Assembly (NCBI GenBank): GCA_039809385.1
Contig: JBDHUY010000025.1
Span: forward strand, 1-18,596
Reading direction: 5' to 3'
Length of the DNA stretch: 18,596 nucleotides
From: Candidatus Altimarinota bacterium
Lineage (GTDB): Bacteria; Patescibacteriota; Gracilibacteria; JBDHUY01
Shown here: in pieces, positions 1 to 8,829 of the stretch
Numbering within the stretch: position 1 is the stretch's first letter
Layout: the number at the start of each line of letters is the position of its first letter
Notes under the pieces: generated by a model
Database searches by the model: none
Told to the model about the DNA's origin: nothing
What the model saw: only the letters and a program-made list of their open reading frames with translations
Position numbers and translations under genes: made by a program

Positions 1-698
1 GGTCTACCTTCGCCCAATGACTTGAACCCGCGACCTCCCCGACGCTTCCGTCGGGACGCGCTAGCATTCTTGCGCTAATCCCCGTTAATGGCTCACTATT
101 TGATAGTGATAGTATGGTATTGTTTTCGAGATAGTAACGTAACGATCGGTCTACCTTCGCCCAATGACTTGAACCCGCGACCTCCCCGACGCTTCCGTCG
201 GGACGCGCTAGCATTCTTGCGCTAATCCCCGTTAATGGCTCACTATTTGATAGTGATAGTATGGTATTGTTTTCGAGATAGTAATGTAACGATCGGTCTA
301 GCTTTGCCCAATGACTTGAACCCGCGACCTCCCCGACGCTTCCGTCGGGACGCGCTAGCATTCTTGCGCTAATCCCCGTTAATGGCTCACTATTTGATAG
401 TGATAGTATGGTATTGTTTTCGAGATAGTAATGTAACGATCGGTCTAGCTTCGCCCAATGACTTGAACCTGCGACCTCCCCGACGCTTCCGTCGGGACGC
501 GCTAGCCAACTGCGCTAATCCCCGTTGGTAACCGTATGTCTGAAAACGATCGTATCGTATTCTTTTCGAGATACCAGAGCAAAGTTGTATGTAATTTAGT
601 ATTCTCAATATCTAGGTCTAGTGCTTTACGAGGACTTGAACCCGCGACCTTCCCGACGGTAGCGTCGGGGCGCGCTAGCATTCTTGCGCTAATCCCCG
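1..698 (-). repeat. Tandem array of tRNA-Pro-like pseudo-tRNA units (units start at 1, 148, 295, 442 with 147-bp period; diverged fifth unit at 615); probably continues beyond the left edge
   Basis: GGTCTA recurs at 1/148/295/442/615. Units 1-3 differ by only a few substitutions. The minus strand of 19-84, 166-231, 313-378, 460-524 and 633-698 reads CGGGGAT-TA-GCGC-Dloop-GCGC-G-[20-nt hairpin]-AGGTC-GCRGG-TTCAAGT-C, i.e. tRNA positions 1-61 without an anticodon or 3' acceptor strand. Confidence 0.9.
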
Positions 699-716
699 TT
701 CCCATAGAAAACATGT

Positions 717-1094
717 TTAATTCTCCAATACTTCTCCTACAGCCTGTCTTGCTTGTTGCAAATAGGCATGTATCTCATTGACAAAGGCCACTACTCCTTT
801 CTCTTTTGCCGATAAAAATCCGTCGAGCAAATGAATCAGATCCCTTTTCTTAGCAGCTTCCAGTGAGGCTCTGGCTTTTTCTAGCGTACCAAAAGAATCT
901 GTTACACAAGAACTGAGTTCGCTACGAACTTGATTCAAGCGTATTAGCCCGGCTTGTGCCATAAGCCGGGATGTTTCTCCTTTTTCAAAAGGTCTCATGG
1001 CATTAACAAGCTCCATCAATGTCTCAAGAAGCTTGATGATATCTTGGGGTGATTTCTCTATGGTACTTGTTCCTACGATTTCTTCGGGAGGCAT
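717..1094 (-). CDS. Hypothetical helical protein (~125 aa; ORF track extends to a TTG at 1154)
   Basis: Open frame with amphipathic-helix-like composition. ATG at 1094 (MPPEEIVG) follows a pyrimidine-rich leader. No recognisable motif. Confidence 0.6.
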   Translation of the reverse strand: MPPEEIVGTSTIEKSPQDIIKLLETLMELVNAMRPFEKGETSRLMAQAGLIRLNQVRSELSSCVTDSFGTLEKARASLEAAKKRDLIHLLDGFLSAKEKGVVAFVNEIHAYLQQARQAVGEVLEN

Positions 1095-1247
1095 AAGGAA
1101 GTGTGGAAAAAATAATCGCGTTCTTACCCTAATCGAAATCGGGAGAGGAGTCAATTATTTGATACAATGCTGAAGTGTACTTCACTTGAAGCTTGTTTTC
1201 CTATGCTTTACGCTCATTACAGTTTTATTCTTTCCTATCCTTTTCCT

Positions 1248-1949
1248 ATGACTACCGATCTTACTGTCCATCCCATTCAATCCCGTATCCTGCGGCAATT
1301 GCTCTTTACGCCCCAGTCGCGCTTTTCAGAATTGAATGTCGAAGGCGTTTCAAGCGATCATTTTACGTTTCACCTCAAACAGCTCGTTGCTTTGAACCTT
1401 GTCGAAAAAACCGATGACCATCGGTATACGCTTACCACCAAAGGCAAAGAGTTTGCCAATCGTTTCGACACTGATACGCTCCTGATCGAAAGACAAGCCA
1501 AAATAGCCGTTCTGGTCGGTTGTATACGTTCCCACGGACAGGAAACGGAATATCTGGTTCAAGAAAGACGCAAACAACCCTATTACGGATACATAGGGTT
1601 CATGACCGGCAAGATCCGCTGGGGCGAGACTGTCTTAGAAGCCGCCGCGCGCGAACTTTTGGAGGAGACCGGTCTCACCGGGAAACTGGCGCTTGCCGGT
1701 ATCAAACACAATATGGACTATGACCAACAACACCTGCTTTTGGAAGACAAATATTTTTTTCTGATTCGTGCCGATAATGTCACGGGTGATCTTATCGAGA
1801 CCTTTGAAGGAGGAAACAATATTTGGAAAACTCGCCAAAGAATACTGGCCATGCCGGATCTGTTTAACGGGGTCGATCAGACCATGGATATGCTTGACGG
1901 AAAAAAAACTTTTTTTGTCGAAAATCATTTTACGGTCAATCGTTATTGA
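1248..1949 (+). CDS. Winged-helix (ArsR-like) HTH fused to a NUDIX hydrolase
   Basis: N-terminal RFSELN...SDHFTFHLKQLVALNLVEK..YTLTTKG wHTH pattern. Nudix box GKIRWGETVLEAAARELLEETGL. ATG at 1248 preferred over 1167. Confidence 0.85.
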   Translation: MTTDLTVHPIQSRILRQLLFTPQSRFSELNVEGVSSDHFTFHLKQLVALNLVEKTDDHRYTLTTKGKEFANRFDTDTLLIERQAKIAVLVGCIRSHGQETEYLVQERRKQPYYGYIGFMTGKIRWGETVLEAAARELLEETGLTGKLALAGIKHNMDYDQQHLLLEDKYFFLIRADNVTGDLIETFEGGNNIWKTRQRILAMPDLFNGVDQTMDMLDGKKTFFVENHFTVNRY

Positions 1950-2103
1950 TATGCTTCCCGGGATTTGTCACAATATCGACAAAACTCTCCTGGAGCGCCA
2001 TACATTGCCGTCTTGTCATCCCAACGGAGGCAGAACAATTTACAAGATGCTTTTGCGATTCGATCCGAAATCGGTACAATAAGTGAAGTTATTCGTTTTT
2101 CAT

Positions 2104-3567
2104 ATGGCATATCAACAATCGACTCTGTTTCGCTCCTGGCAGGAACTTACAGAGCATCTTAGTACGTTGGTTCCCCACAGTCCGCCGGCATTTGCCCAGC
2201 ACCTCCTCGATGAACAAATCGAACTGGGAAAAACCGTTTTCGACCTCACGAACGATGTGTATTCTCTCGAAGACCGCGAGACGAAAAAAGAGCTCTCCCA
2301 CATTCTGCGTCGCCGCCTGACCATCCTGCGTCAACTCTTACCGCAGTATATCTCATCAGATGCTTTCGTTTCATCCGCCCTTACTCAAATAAATCTGTTC
2401 GAAGGACAGATAGATCACTTCTTGCAGAAACGCAAACGCATGCTGATTTTTTATTTCAGCATGGGCAACGGTCATCGCGTCGCTGCCGAAGCGATCGCTG
2501 AGGGAATGCGCCATTACTTCGGTTCGGACTATATCGTCGAAACATTGGACTTTCTGGAGACCGCAAGTACGTTTTTTAACAGCACCTCCAAGGCTTTTTA
2601 CGATGCCAGCTCCAAGAGCCTGCCCGATATGTGGCGGTTGTGGTTCGAGGCGACCGACAATCCCGGTTCGATCAAGATTATCAAATATCTGACTTATCCG
2701 GTTATCATGAGCAAGCTGGAAGAGATGATCCAGGAAAAAAATCCCGACCTGCTCGTTTCCACCTTTCCGCTCTTTAATTACACGATCAAGCATATCTGGT
2801 CCAACCCCGACAATGCCAAAAAAATTGTTACCGTGATTACCGATTCGATTCGGGTACATAAGGCTTGGCTGATGACCGACACTGACTACTTTATTGTTTC
2901 TAACCCTGATACGGCCGATACATTGCGCAAAAGCGGTATTGACGAAAAACGTATCCAAATCTTGGGATTCCCGCTCCGGATGGGGTTCTACCAACCGGTC
3001 GACCCGGCGGCTGTAGCGCGCAGGTTTCATCTTGACCCGGCTAAAAAAACAATTCTGTATTCGATCGGTACCGGCGGGAATAAAGATGACTTGCAACCGC
3101 TGTACTATCTCAATGAGCACCTGGATCCCGACAGAGTACAGATTGCGGCCGTTTTTGGAAACAACCGTAAACTGAAAGAGTCGTTTGAAAAGAAGCTCCA
3201 TCCGCGTGTTTCCATAAAAACACTTGGCTGGACCGATCAGATGCCGGCTCTCATGTCGGTTGCGGATCTGATTATTACCAAACCGGGCGGAGCTATCGTG
3301 ATGGAGTCGGTCGACAAAGAACTGCCCATGGTCATCACCCGGCTGATTCCCGGTCAGGAGGAGGGGAATCTGGCCTTGTTGGAACGCCATAACCTCGGAC
3401 GTTTGGCTATTACTCCGCGCGAAATCCTCAAGGCGGTTCTGGACATGATCGATGCCCGGCACGATAAAGCCTACAAACAACGTTTTCAAAAAGCCAAAGT
3501 CTCCCATTCAACCGAAAAGATCTGTTCTTTCTTGCATGATCTGATGGATAATCCCAGTGCTAACTGA
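2104..3567 (+). CDS. Glycosyltransferase family 28, UgtP/MGDG-synthase-like diacylglycerol glycosyltransferase, with ~110-aa N-terminal extension
   Basis: Motifs SMGNGHRVAAEAI, VITD..VHKAW, LGFPLR, GWTDQMPALMSVADLIITKPGG, PGQEEGN. ATG at 2104 preferred over GTG at 2083. Confidence 0.85.
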   Translation: MAYQQSTLFRSWQELTEHLSTLVPHSPPAFAQHLLDEQIELGKTVFDLTNDVYSLEDRETKKELSHILRRRLTILRQLLPQYISSDAFVSSALTQINLFEGQIDHFLQKRKRMLIFYFSMGNGHRVAAEAIAEGMRHYFGSDYIVETLDFLETASTFFNSTSKAFYDASSKSLPDMWRLWFEATDNPGSIKIIKYLTYPVIMSKLEEMIQEKNPDLLVSTFPLFNYTIKHIWSNPDNAKKIVTVITDSIRVHKAWLMTDTDYFIVSNPDTADTLRKSGIDEKRIQILGFPLRMGFYQPVDPAAVARRFHLDPAKKTILYSIGTGGNKDDLQPLYYLNEHLDPDRVQIAAVFGNNRKLKESFEKKLHPRVSIKTLGWTDQMPALMSVADLIITKPGGAIVMESVDKELPMVITRLIPGQEEGNLALLERHNLGRLAITPREILKAVLDMIDARHDKAYKQRFQKAKVSHSTEKICSFLHDLMDNPSAN

Positions 3568-3568
3568 T

Positions 3569-3952
3569 TTACCGACCCCGGTCTTTGCGCGACACGAAAA
3601 ACATTTCGAGCAGTATGATCGCCAGAAACAGCAAGGCCAGGTTCCACCATTTGAGTACTTTCATGAGCTGAAAGGTCAGCGACAGGCAGACAAACAGCGA
3701 GAATAAAATCCCTTGTCGCAGTGAAATGATAATGTGCGCGTAATAGATTTCGTTGCGATTCAGCAAGACTCTCAGATAGTATCCGATGACTGTGAAAAAG
3801 CTGGCCAGCGTAAAGAACAGCGTTATAAAAAACAGAGTCATAGCGATCGTAGTAGAACTGAAAGGATCGAGTCGGTACAGGACTAAAACCCAGCCGAGTA
3901 AACTGATGATGCCGGCGGCGAAAATCCCGAGAATGTATTTGGTGTGGGACAT
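3569..3952 (-). CDS. Small integral membrane protein (~4 TM), hypothetical
   Basis: Four hydrophobic segments, clean ORF, converges on the GT gene with 1-bp spacing. Confidence 0.75.
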   Translation of the reverse strand: MSHTKYILGIFAAGIISLLGWVLVLYRLDPFSSTTIAMTLFFITLFFTLASFFTVIGYYLRVLLNRNEIYYAHIIISLRQGILFSLFVCLSLTFQLMKVLKWWNLALLFLAIILLEMFFVSRKDRGR

Positions 3953-4063
3953 GGGGAGTCAAAAGTACATAGTACAAAGTGCTTAGTCCAAAGGGAAGGG
4001 GTAACAGGCTTGCTCGGTCTAAAGTGGCCAGTGATTAACATCAAGCGTTCAGGTACGAGATTC

Positions 4064-4091
4064 TTTATACATAATGCGTAATACTTAATAC
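4064..4091. repeat. Degenerate heptamer run (TTTATAC ATAATGC GTAATAC TTAATAC)
   Basis: 7-bp periodicity; the reverse complement matches the GTATWAR-like heptads at 17641-17668. Confidence 0.55.
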
Positions 4092-4098
4092 TGTTGCC

Positions 4099-4758
4099 CT
4101 AGAACAGCGTCTGCGGGGGATTCACGCTTTCTTCCTTTTGCGGAACCTCGGTCGAGAAATGAGCGATTGCCGAATCGTCTTTTTTATAGGAAACGGTGCC
4201 TTCTTCTATTTTCGCGAGCATTGTTTTGAGTTTGAACATGTCTTTTTCCAATACGTCCAGCATGGCCGGTTTGTACAGAGCCATAGCCGGATGGTATAAA
4301 GGAAAGATGATCCGTCCGTCGCTTTGACGGCGTTTTGGTTCTCCGTGAACCGAACTGATCGTGTATCCCGGTAAAAACCGTTTCATGGAATGGCGTCCCA
4401 AGGTTACGATCACCCGCGGATCGATCAGGTGGATCTGCCGGTCCAGGTAGGGCCAGCAGGCGGCGATCTCGTCGTCTTCGGGGTCGCGGTTATTGGGCGG
4501 GCGGCATTTTACCACGTTCGTGATAAAAACGTCTTTGCGCTCAATTCCGATTTTATTGAGCAGTGTTGTCAGTAATTTTCCGGCTCTTCCGACAAACGGT
4601 TCGCCTTGCAGATCCTCATCTTTTCCGGGCCCCTCGCCGATAAATAGAATTTTGGCTTCCGGATCTCCGACTCCCGGCACGGCATTAGTCCTGGTTTCGC
4701 ACAAGCGGCATTTAGTACAAGAGCGTACTTCCGAGGCAATGACGTGGAGAGAATCCAT
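4099..4758 (-). CDS. udg: Uracil-DNA glycosylase family 4 (4Fe-4S)
   Basis: CTKCRLC, motif A IGEGPG..ED..GEPFVGRAG, TNVVKCRPP.NRDP, motif B YHPA. Confidence 0.95.
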   Translation of the reverse strand: MDSLHVIASEVRSCTKCRLCETRTNAVPGVGDPEAKILFIGEGPGKDEDLQGEPFVGRAGKLLTTLLNKIGIERKDVFITNVVKCRPPNNRDPEDDEIAACWPYLDRQIHLIDPRVIVTLGRHSMKRFLPGYTISSVHGEPKRRQSDGRIIFPLYHPAMALYKPAMLDVLEKDMFKLKTMLAKIEEGTVSYKKDDSAIAHFSTEVPQKEESVNPPQTLF

Positions 4759-4807
4759 GGGAATAAAGCGATAGTACCAAACTTACGGGTATCTTATACC
4801 AGAAATA

Positions 4808-4847
4808 TCAAATGACAAAGTTCAAATGACAAAGTTCAAATGACAAA
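4808..4847. repeat. 14-bp tandem repeat TCAAATGACAAAGT x~2.9 (alternating heptads CAAATGA/CAAAGTT)
   Basis: Read directly at 4808, 4822, 4836. Confidence 0.85.
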
Positions 4848-4879
4848 AGCCATATCGGGCAGTCCGAAAACTCCTTTTT

Positions 4880-4948
4880 CTATATTCCCGGGTATGAGTG
4901 TGAACCGATTCTTTCCAGGATGAGCAAATTTCTTGTAGTATCTTTTTG
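4880..4948 (-). pseudogene. Possible remnant C-terminus of a YafQ/RelE-type toxin
   Basis: Minus frame reads QKDTTRNLLILERIGSHSYPGI*, resembling the YafQ C-terminal L.L.R.G[ST]HS motif (cf. EFVAVGTHSQLY in the intact toxin at 14132-14398). No start codon; cut at the inverted-repeat element. Confidence 0.4.
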
Positions 4949-5050
4949 AGGGTGTCTGAAAAATATACATCGTTCCTTCTTGGCCGTCATGCCCCACCGG
5001 GGCGGGAAATGACGAAAAAACCGAACCACTGTATACTTTTCATACAGGCT
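4949..5050. mobile_element. MITE/REP-like non-coding element with terminal inverted repeats
   Basis: TGTCTGAAAAATATACA (4953-4969) matches the reverse complement of 5030-5046 (TGTATGAAAAGTATACA) at 15/17. Nested CGTCAT/ATGACG (4985-4990/5009-5014) and GCCCC-ACC-GGGGC hairpins. Confidence 0.45.
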
Positions 5051-5068
5051 TTTAGAGAGCTCTTATTC

Positions 5069-5644
5069 TCAGGGATGAGTTTTTAGAAAATCCAGAATTC
5101 TTTCGACTTGTTTTTGTAAATTCTCGACGTCGCTTTCGTTCAGGATCATAAAATCAGCCATGGCAATCGGGCCGCCTTTTTCGACATGTTCAATCTCGTT
5201 GTAGTCGCGGATTTTAGCTTCCGCCCCCTTATACGGTCGATTACGCATCTTTTCGTCAATCACTGTCCGATTGAGCAGCCGTTCGTAGCGTAAGCGGGGC
5301 GAAGCGTGGACAGCTACGACCCAAAAACGGTCGTCGTATTTTTCTTTGAGAATCTTGTACTCCGACCAACTGTAGAGACCGTCGATAACGACATTGCCGT
5401 TTTCGAGCAGTTTGTCTATTTTGGGAATATTGAGCGTCGCGTAGGCACCCATGCCGTACTCTCTTCGCACCTCTTCCCGAATCGGCTTCTCATTCTCTTC
5501 GGTCGGCGTCAGTCCACGTTCTTTGACGATATCGAGCGTAATCTGCCCGAATCGTAAAAATTGGTAGCCTTGCCTGACCAGATAGTCCGACAAGACCGAT
5601 TTTCCGGAACCGCACATGCCGACCACGGCGATAATATGAGACAT
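5069..5644 (-). CDS. P-loop nucleotide kinase, dephospho-CoA kinase-like / UPF0200-type
   Basis: N-terminal Walker A VVGMCGSGKS, VVIDGLYS, RYERL..R lid, IAMADFMILNE C-terminus. Confidence 0.8.
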   Translation of the reverse strand: MSHIIAVVGMCGSGKSVLSDYLVRQGYQFLRFGQITLDIVKERGLTPTEENEKPIREEVRREYGMGAYATLNIPKIDKLLENGNVVIDGLYSWSEYKILKEKYDDRFWVVAVHASPRLRYERLLNRTVIDEKMRNRPYKGAEAKIRDYNEIEHVEKGGPIAMADFMILNESDVENLQKQVERILDFLKTHP

Positions 5645-5786
5645 ACCTTAGCAGAATAAAGAATCAAGAATCTGGAATTAAGGCAGAGTGCAGGAAGAAA
5701 AAAGTTTATCGCGGGGAAGGTATGCAACCTTGATTCTAAATTCTAGGTTCTCTTCTGATACTCCCCCATACTTTATACGCAATGGA

Positions 5787-7715
5787 TTATGCTGATGCTC
5801 CTCCTGTTAGTCCTGTCGCCGTTTTTCTTCCTCCGCGTTTCTTGGGAGTTTCTTCGCTTTGTCCGAAAAAGGCCAAAAATTCTTCCCGCAGCAATGTCTC
5901 TTTTTTGAGCAGTTGCTCGGCGATCAATCCCATCTTTTCTTTATTGTCGGTCAAAATGGTTTTGGCATTTTTGTAAGCTTTTTCGAGCAGCGAGCTTACC
6001 TCTTCATCAATCTGGCGCGCCACGTCCTCGCTGTAGTTTTTGTGCGCCATCATGTCCCGTCCGAGAAAGACCGAGCCTTGTTTCTCTCCAAAGACTACCG
6101 GTCCGAGCTTCTCGCTCATGCCATATTCGGTGACCATACGGCGGGCGATCTCGCTGGCACGTTCCAGATCGTTTCCGGCTCCGGTGGTGATGTTGTCTTT
6201 GCCAAAGACCAGTTCTTCGGCCACGCGGCCACCCATCAGGGAAGCCAGTTCGCTTTCAAATTTGGTCTTGGAATTCATAAATTGGTCACGCTCGGGCAGA
6301 TGCCATGTTCCACCCAGGGAAAAGCCGCGGGGAATAATCGTAATTTTGTGAATCGGGTCGTGCTCGGGCATGAGGTGCCCGACCAGCGCATGGCCGGTTT
6401 CGTGATAGGCGGTAATCTTTTTTTCCTGGTCACTCATGACACGGTTTCTCTTTTCCGGTCCCATTAAGACCTTTTCCACCGATTCCTGGACCATATGGGT
6501 CGTGATTTCGCCGGCATTTAGTTTTGCGGCCAAAATGGCTGCTTCGTTGAGCATGTTTTCAAGGTCCGCGCCGGAAAATCCGGGGGTTTGCTTGGCTACG
6601 TTGTGCAGATCGACATCTTTGGCCATCGGCTTGTTGCGCGCGTGGACTCGCAAAATCGATTCCCGCTCTTTCAAATCCGGTTTATCGATCACGACCCGGC
6701 GGTCGAACCGTCCAGGGCGCATCAAAGCCGGATCTAAGACATCGGGCCGGTTCGTGGCGGCCATGACGATCACATTCGTATCTTTTTCGAAGCCGTCCAT
6801 CTCGGTCAGAATCTGGTTGAGTGTTTGCTCGCGTTCGTCGTGCCCTCCGCCCAATCCCGTGCCGCGCTGGCGTCCTACGGCATCAATTTCATCGACAAAA
6901 ACGATACTGGGGGCATTCCGTTTGGCTTTGGTAAACAAATCTCTGACGCGGCTGGCTCCTACGCCGACGAACATTTCAACAAATTCGGAACCCGAGATCG
7001 AAAAGAATGGGACATCGGCTTCTCCCGCGACAGCGCGGGCCAGCAAAGTTTTTCCCGTTCCCGGCGCGCCGACCAGCAGGACGCCTTTGGGAATTTTAGC
7101 GCCCATTTTGAGGTATTTTTTAGGATTTTTGAGAAAATCGACGATCTCCATCAGCTCTTGTTTGGCTTCTTCGGCTCCGGCTACATCGGCAAAAGTGGTC
7201 TTGTCTTTGGATTTGTCGTGCACGCGGGGGGTACTTTTTCCGAATGAGAGGGCCGAGGAAGCGCCGCTCTGGGCTTGCCGCAGCATAAAGAAAAGTACCA
7301 GGATGATGATCCCAAAAGGTAATAGCGAGGAGAGCAGGTCGAGCCAGAACCGGTCGGAGGCTTCGTTGAAGGTTTTGACTTCTACGCCGCTGGTTTCCAG
7401 ATTCACGCCGTTATCTTTGAGCCATTCGTTCCAGCGCTCCCCGGTGGGGAGGTAGCTGATATGAATCTTTTCGTCTTTGGTGGTGCCTTTGATCATGTTG
7501 CCGCGCAGTTCCACACTTTTGACCTGGTCATCCTTCAGTTCGCGCAGGATCTGGGTGATCGGGACTTGTTCGCTTTTCTGGTTTAAAAAGGTTTCGGGGG
7601 AGACGAGCAGATAGATGCCGGTGAGTATCAGCGCGACGATCAGCAGGTAGACCCATCCGCGCGGGCGGGGGAGTTGCGGGGTGTTGCTGCCCCGGCTTGG
7701 TCGGCGAAATTCCAT
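5787..7715 (-). CDS. ftsH: ATP-dependent zinc metalloprotease FtsH
   Basis: Two N-terminal TMs, Walker A GAPGTGKT, Walker [32 protein letters not shown], zinc motif HETGH. Confidence 0.99.
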   Translation of the reverse strand: MEFRRPSRGSNTPQLPRPRGWVYLLIVALILTGIYLLVSPETFLNQKSEQVPITQILRELKDDQVKSVELRGNMIKGTTKDEKIHISYLPTGERWNEWLKDNGVNLETSGVEVKTFNEASDRFWLDLLSSLLPFGIIILVLFFMLRQAQSGASSALSFGKSTPRVHDKSKDKTTFADVAGAEEAKQELMEIVDFLKNPKKYLKMGAKIPKGVLLVGAPGTGKTLLARAVAGEADVPFFSISGSEFVEMFVGVGASRVRDLFTKAKRNAPSIVFVDEIDAVGRQRGTGLGGGHDEREQTLNQILTEMDGFEKDTNVIVMAATNRPDVLDPALMRPGRFDRRVVIDKPDLKERESILRVHARNKPMAKDVDLHNVAKQTPGFSGADLENMLNEAAILAAKLNAGEITTHMVQESVEKVLMGPEKRNRVMSDQEKKITAYHETGHALVGHLMPEHDPIHKITIIPRGFSLGGTWHLPERDQFMNSKTKFESELASLMGGRVAEELVFGKDNITTGAGNDLERASEIARRMVTEYGMSEKLGPVVFGEKQGSVFLGRDMMAHKNYSEDVARQIDEEVSSLLEKAYKNAKTILTDNKEKMGLIAEQLLKKETLLREEFLAFFGQSEETPKKRGGRKTATGLTGGASA

Positions 7716-7789
7716 AGGTAAAAATTAAAAAATCTAAGAAAGGCATTCTTTCTTATTATAGGTAAAAGCGGGTTTTAGGCAAAACAAGT

Positions 7790-8689
7790 TTATGTTTCTT
7801 CGGGCTTGTTTGTTGGCAGGCTCAGCAGTTTATTCAGGAGATTGTCAGATGAAATGCCTCTAGTTTTCATATCTTCGAGGAGTGGCTTTATTGAGATCTG
7901 ATCGTCTTGTTTTTCATTCAGTCCGACATTCATCTTGAGTAGTAGCATCGTCAAGTCCGCTAATGCGCTTATCTTTTTTTGAGTTGCTTGCGATGCTTGT
8001 ACTATCTTGTATTCTTCGGCAATTTTTCCTTGCTGTCGATCACTTAAACACTGCACCCATACGTTAGCTTCGTCCTGAAAGTATAACCGCATGAATTTAT
8101 AAATATGGATGGCAAACTCGTCCTGGAATTTCAGAAGCGCTTCTGACTCATCTGTAAAATACTTTAGAAATTCGTATCCAGTACGAAGTTTGGCAATAGT
8201 GTATCGTGCTAAAAGCTGTATATCATCTACCTCCCCAGGGTTTAAAAGCGTTGCGCAGCCTGATTCCGTTCGGCCTGTTCTGGATTCGTCCGTAATAGTG
8301 TTCCATGCTTCGTTGACTGTTCCGACTAGAAGTCTTTTTTTCTCTACTTCATTAGGATCTTTGAAATAGTCCTCTATGACTTTGTCAACAATATTTCTCA
8401 CAAAACTAGTATCATCCATCATCAGGATGCCTATTTCGGGCTTACTGAGGACAATATCGTCTGCACAGATATAGGTGAAGCGCGGGTCGTCTCTTAGTCT
8501 TTCTTCCGGATCTATGCTTTCTGGGTTATTTCCCTCGATGTTTTTGAAAGTAGTCCTCTTCTTGTCCAAGATTTTTCGAAAAAAGTCAATATCCTGGAGT
8601 GCGCTAATACAATCCAGTTTATATTGTTCCAAGGCCTCTGACGGATTTAGTTTTTCCGGTTCGACGGAATGATTTTCGTTTAGTTCCAT
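7790..8689 (-). CDS. Hypothetical protein (299 aa, acidic, helical)
   Basis: Long ORF, visibly more AT-rich than ftsH, no recognisable motif. Confidence 0.75.
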   Translation of the reverse strand: MELNENHSVEPEKLNPSEALEQYKLDCISALQDIDFFRKILDKKRTTFKNIEGNNPESIDPEERLRDDPRFTYICADDIVLSKPEIGILMMDDTSFVRNIVDKVIEDYFKDPNEVEKKRLLVGTVNEAWNTITDESRTGRTESGCATLLNPGEVDDIQLLARYTIAKLRTGYEFLKYFTDESEALLKFQDEFAIHIYKFMRLYFQDEANVWVQCLSDRQQGKIAEEYKIVQASQATQKKISALADLTMLLLKMNVGLNEKQDDQISIKPLLEDMKTRGISSDNLLNKLLSLPTNKPEET

Positions 8690-8768
8690 ATTTACTTACA
8701 ACATATATTGGTTGACTAATGTAATCGTTTGTATTGATATTCACAAGTCTATTTGAAAAAAACTTTGT

Positions 8769-8796
8769 TTGACATTTTGAAAATAACTCCTAAAAT
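8769..8796 (+). promoter_or_regulatory. Putative sigma70 promoter for the 8830 ORF
   Basis: TTGACA (8769-8774), 16-nt spacer, TAAAAT (8791-8796), 33 nt before the ATG. Confidence 0.6.
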
Positions 8797-8829
8797 CCAT
8801 AAAATTCTGTTTCAACAAATTACCATTCT

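Noticed and set aside
1-698. CRISPR array interpretation of the tandem repeats
   Set aside because: The conserved part (~66-84 bp) is too long, the linkers of units 1-3 are near-identical rather than unique, the repeat is tRNA-derived, and there are no cas genes in the window.
19-698. Functional tRNA-Pro genes or intron-containing tRNAs
   Set aside because: No anticodon loop remains, and the 3' T-stem strand, 3' acceptor strand and CCA are absent in every unit.
390-781. ORFs 390-608(-), 502-714(-), 536-781(+)
   Set aside because: They read through the repeat array with non-protein-like composition. The 147-bp (49-codon) period is in frame, but the longest frame (390-608) ends at a stop in the linker, so no repeat protein is evident.
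2371-3507. 378-aa antisense ORF
   Set aside because: Shadow frame of the well-supported glycosyltransferase.
5859-7455. Long plus-strand ORFs (202, 339, 140 aa)
   Set aside because: Antisense shadows of ftsH.
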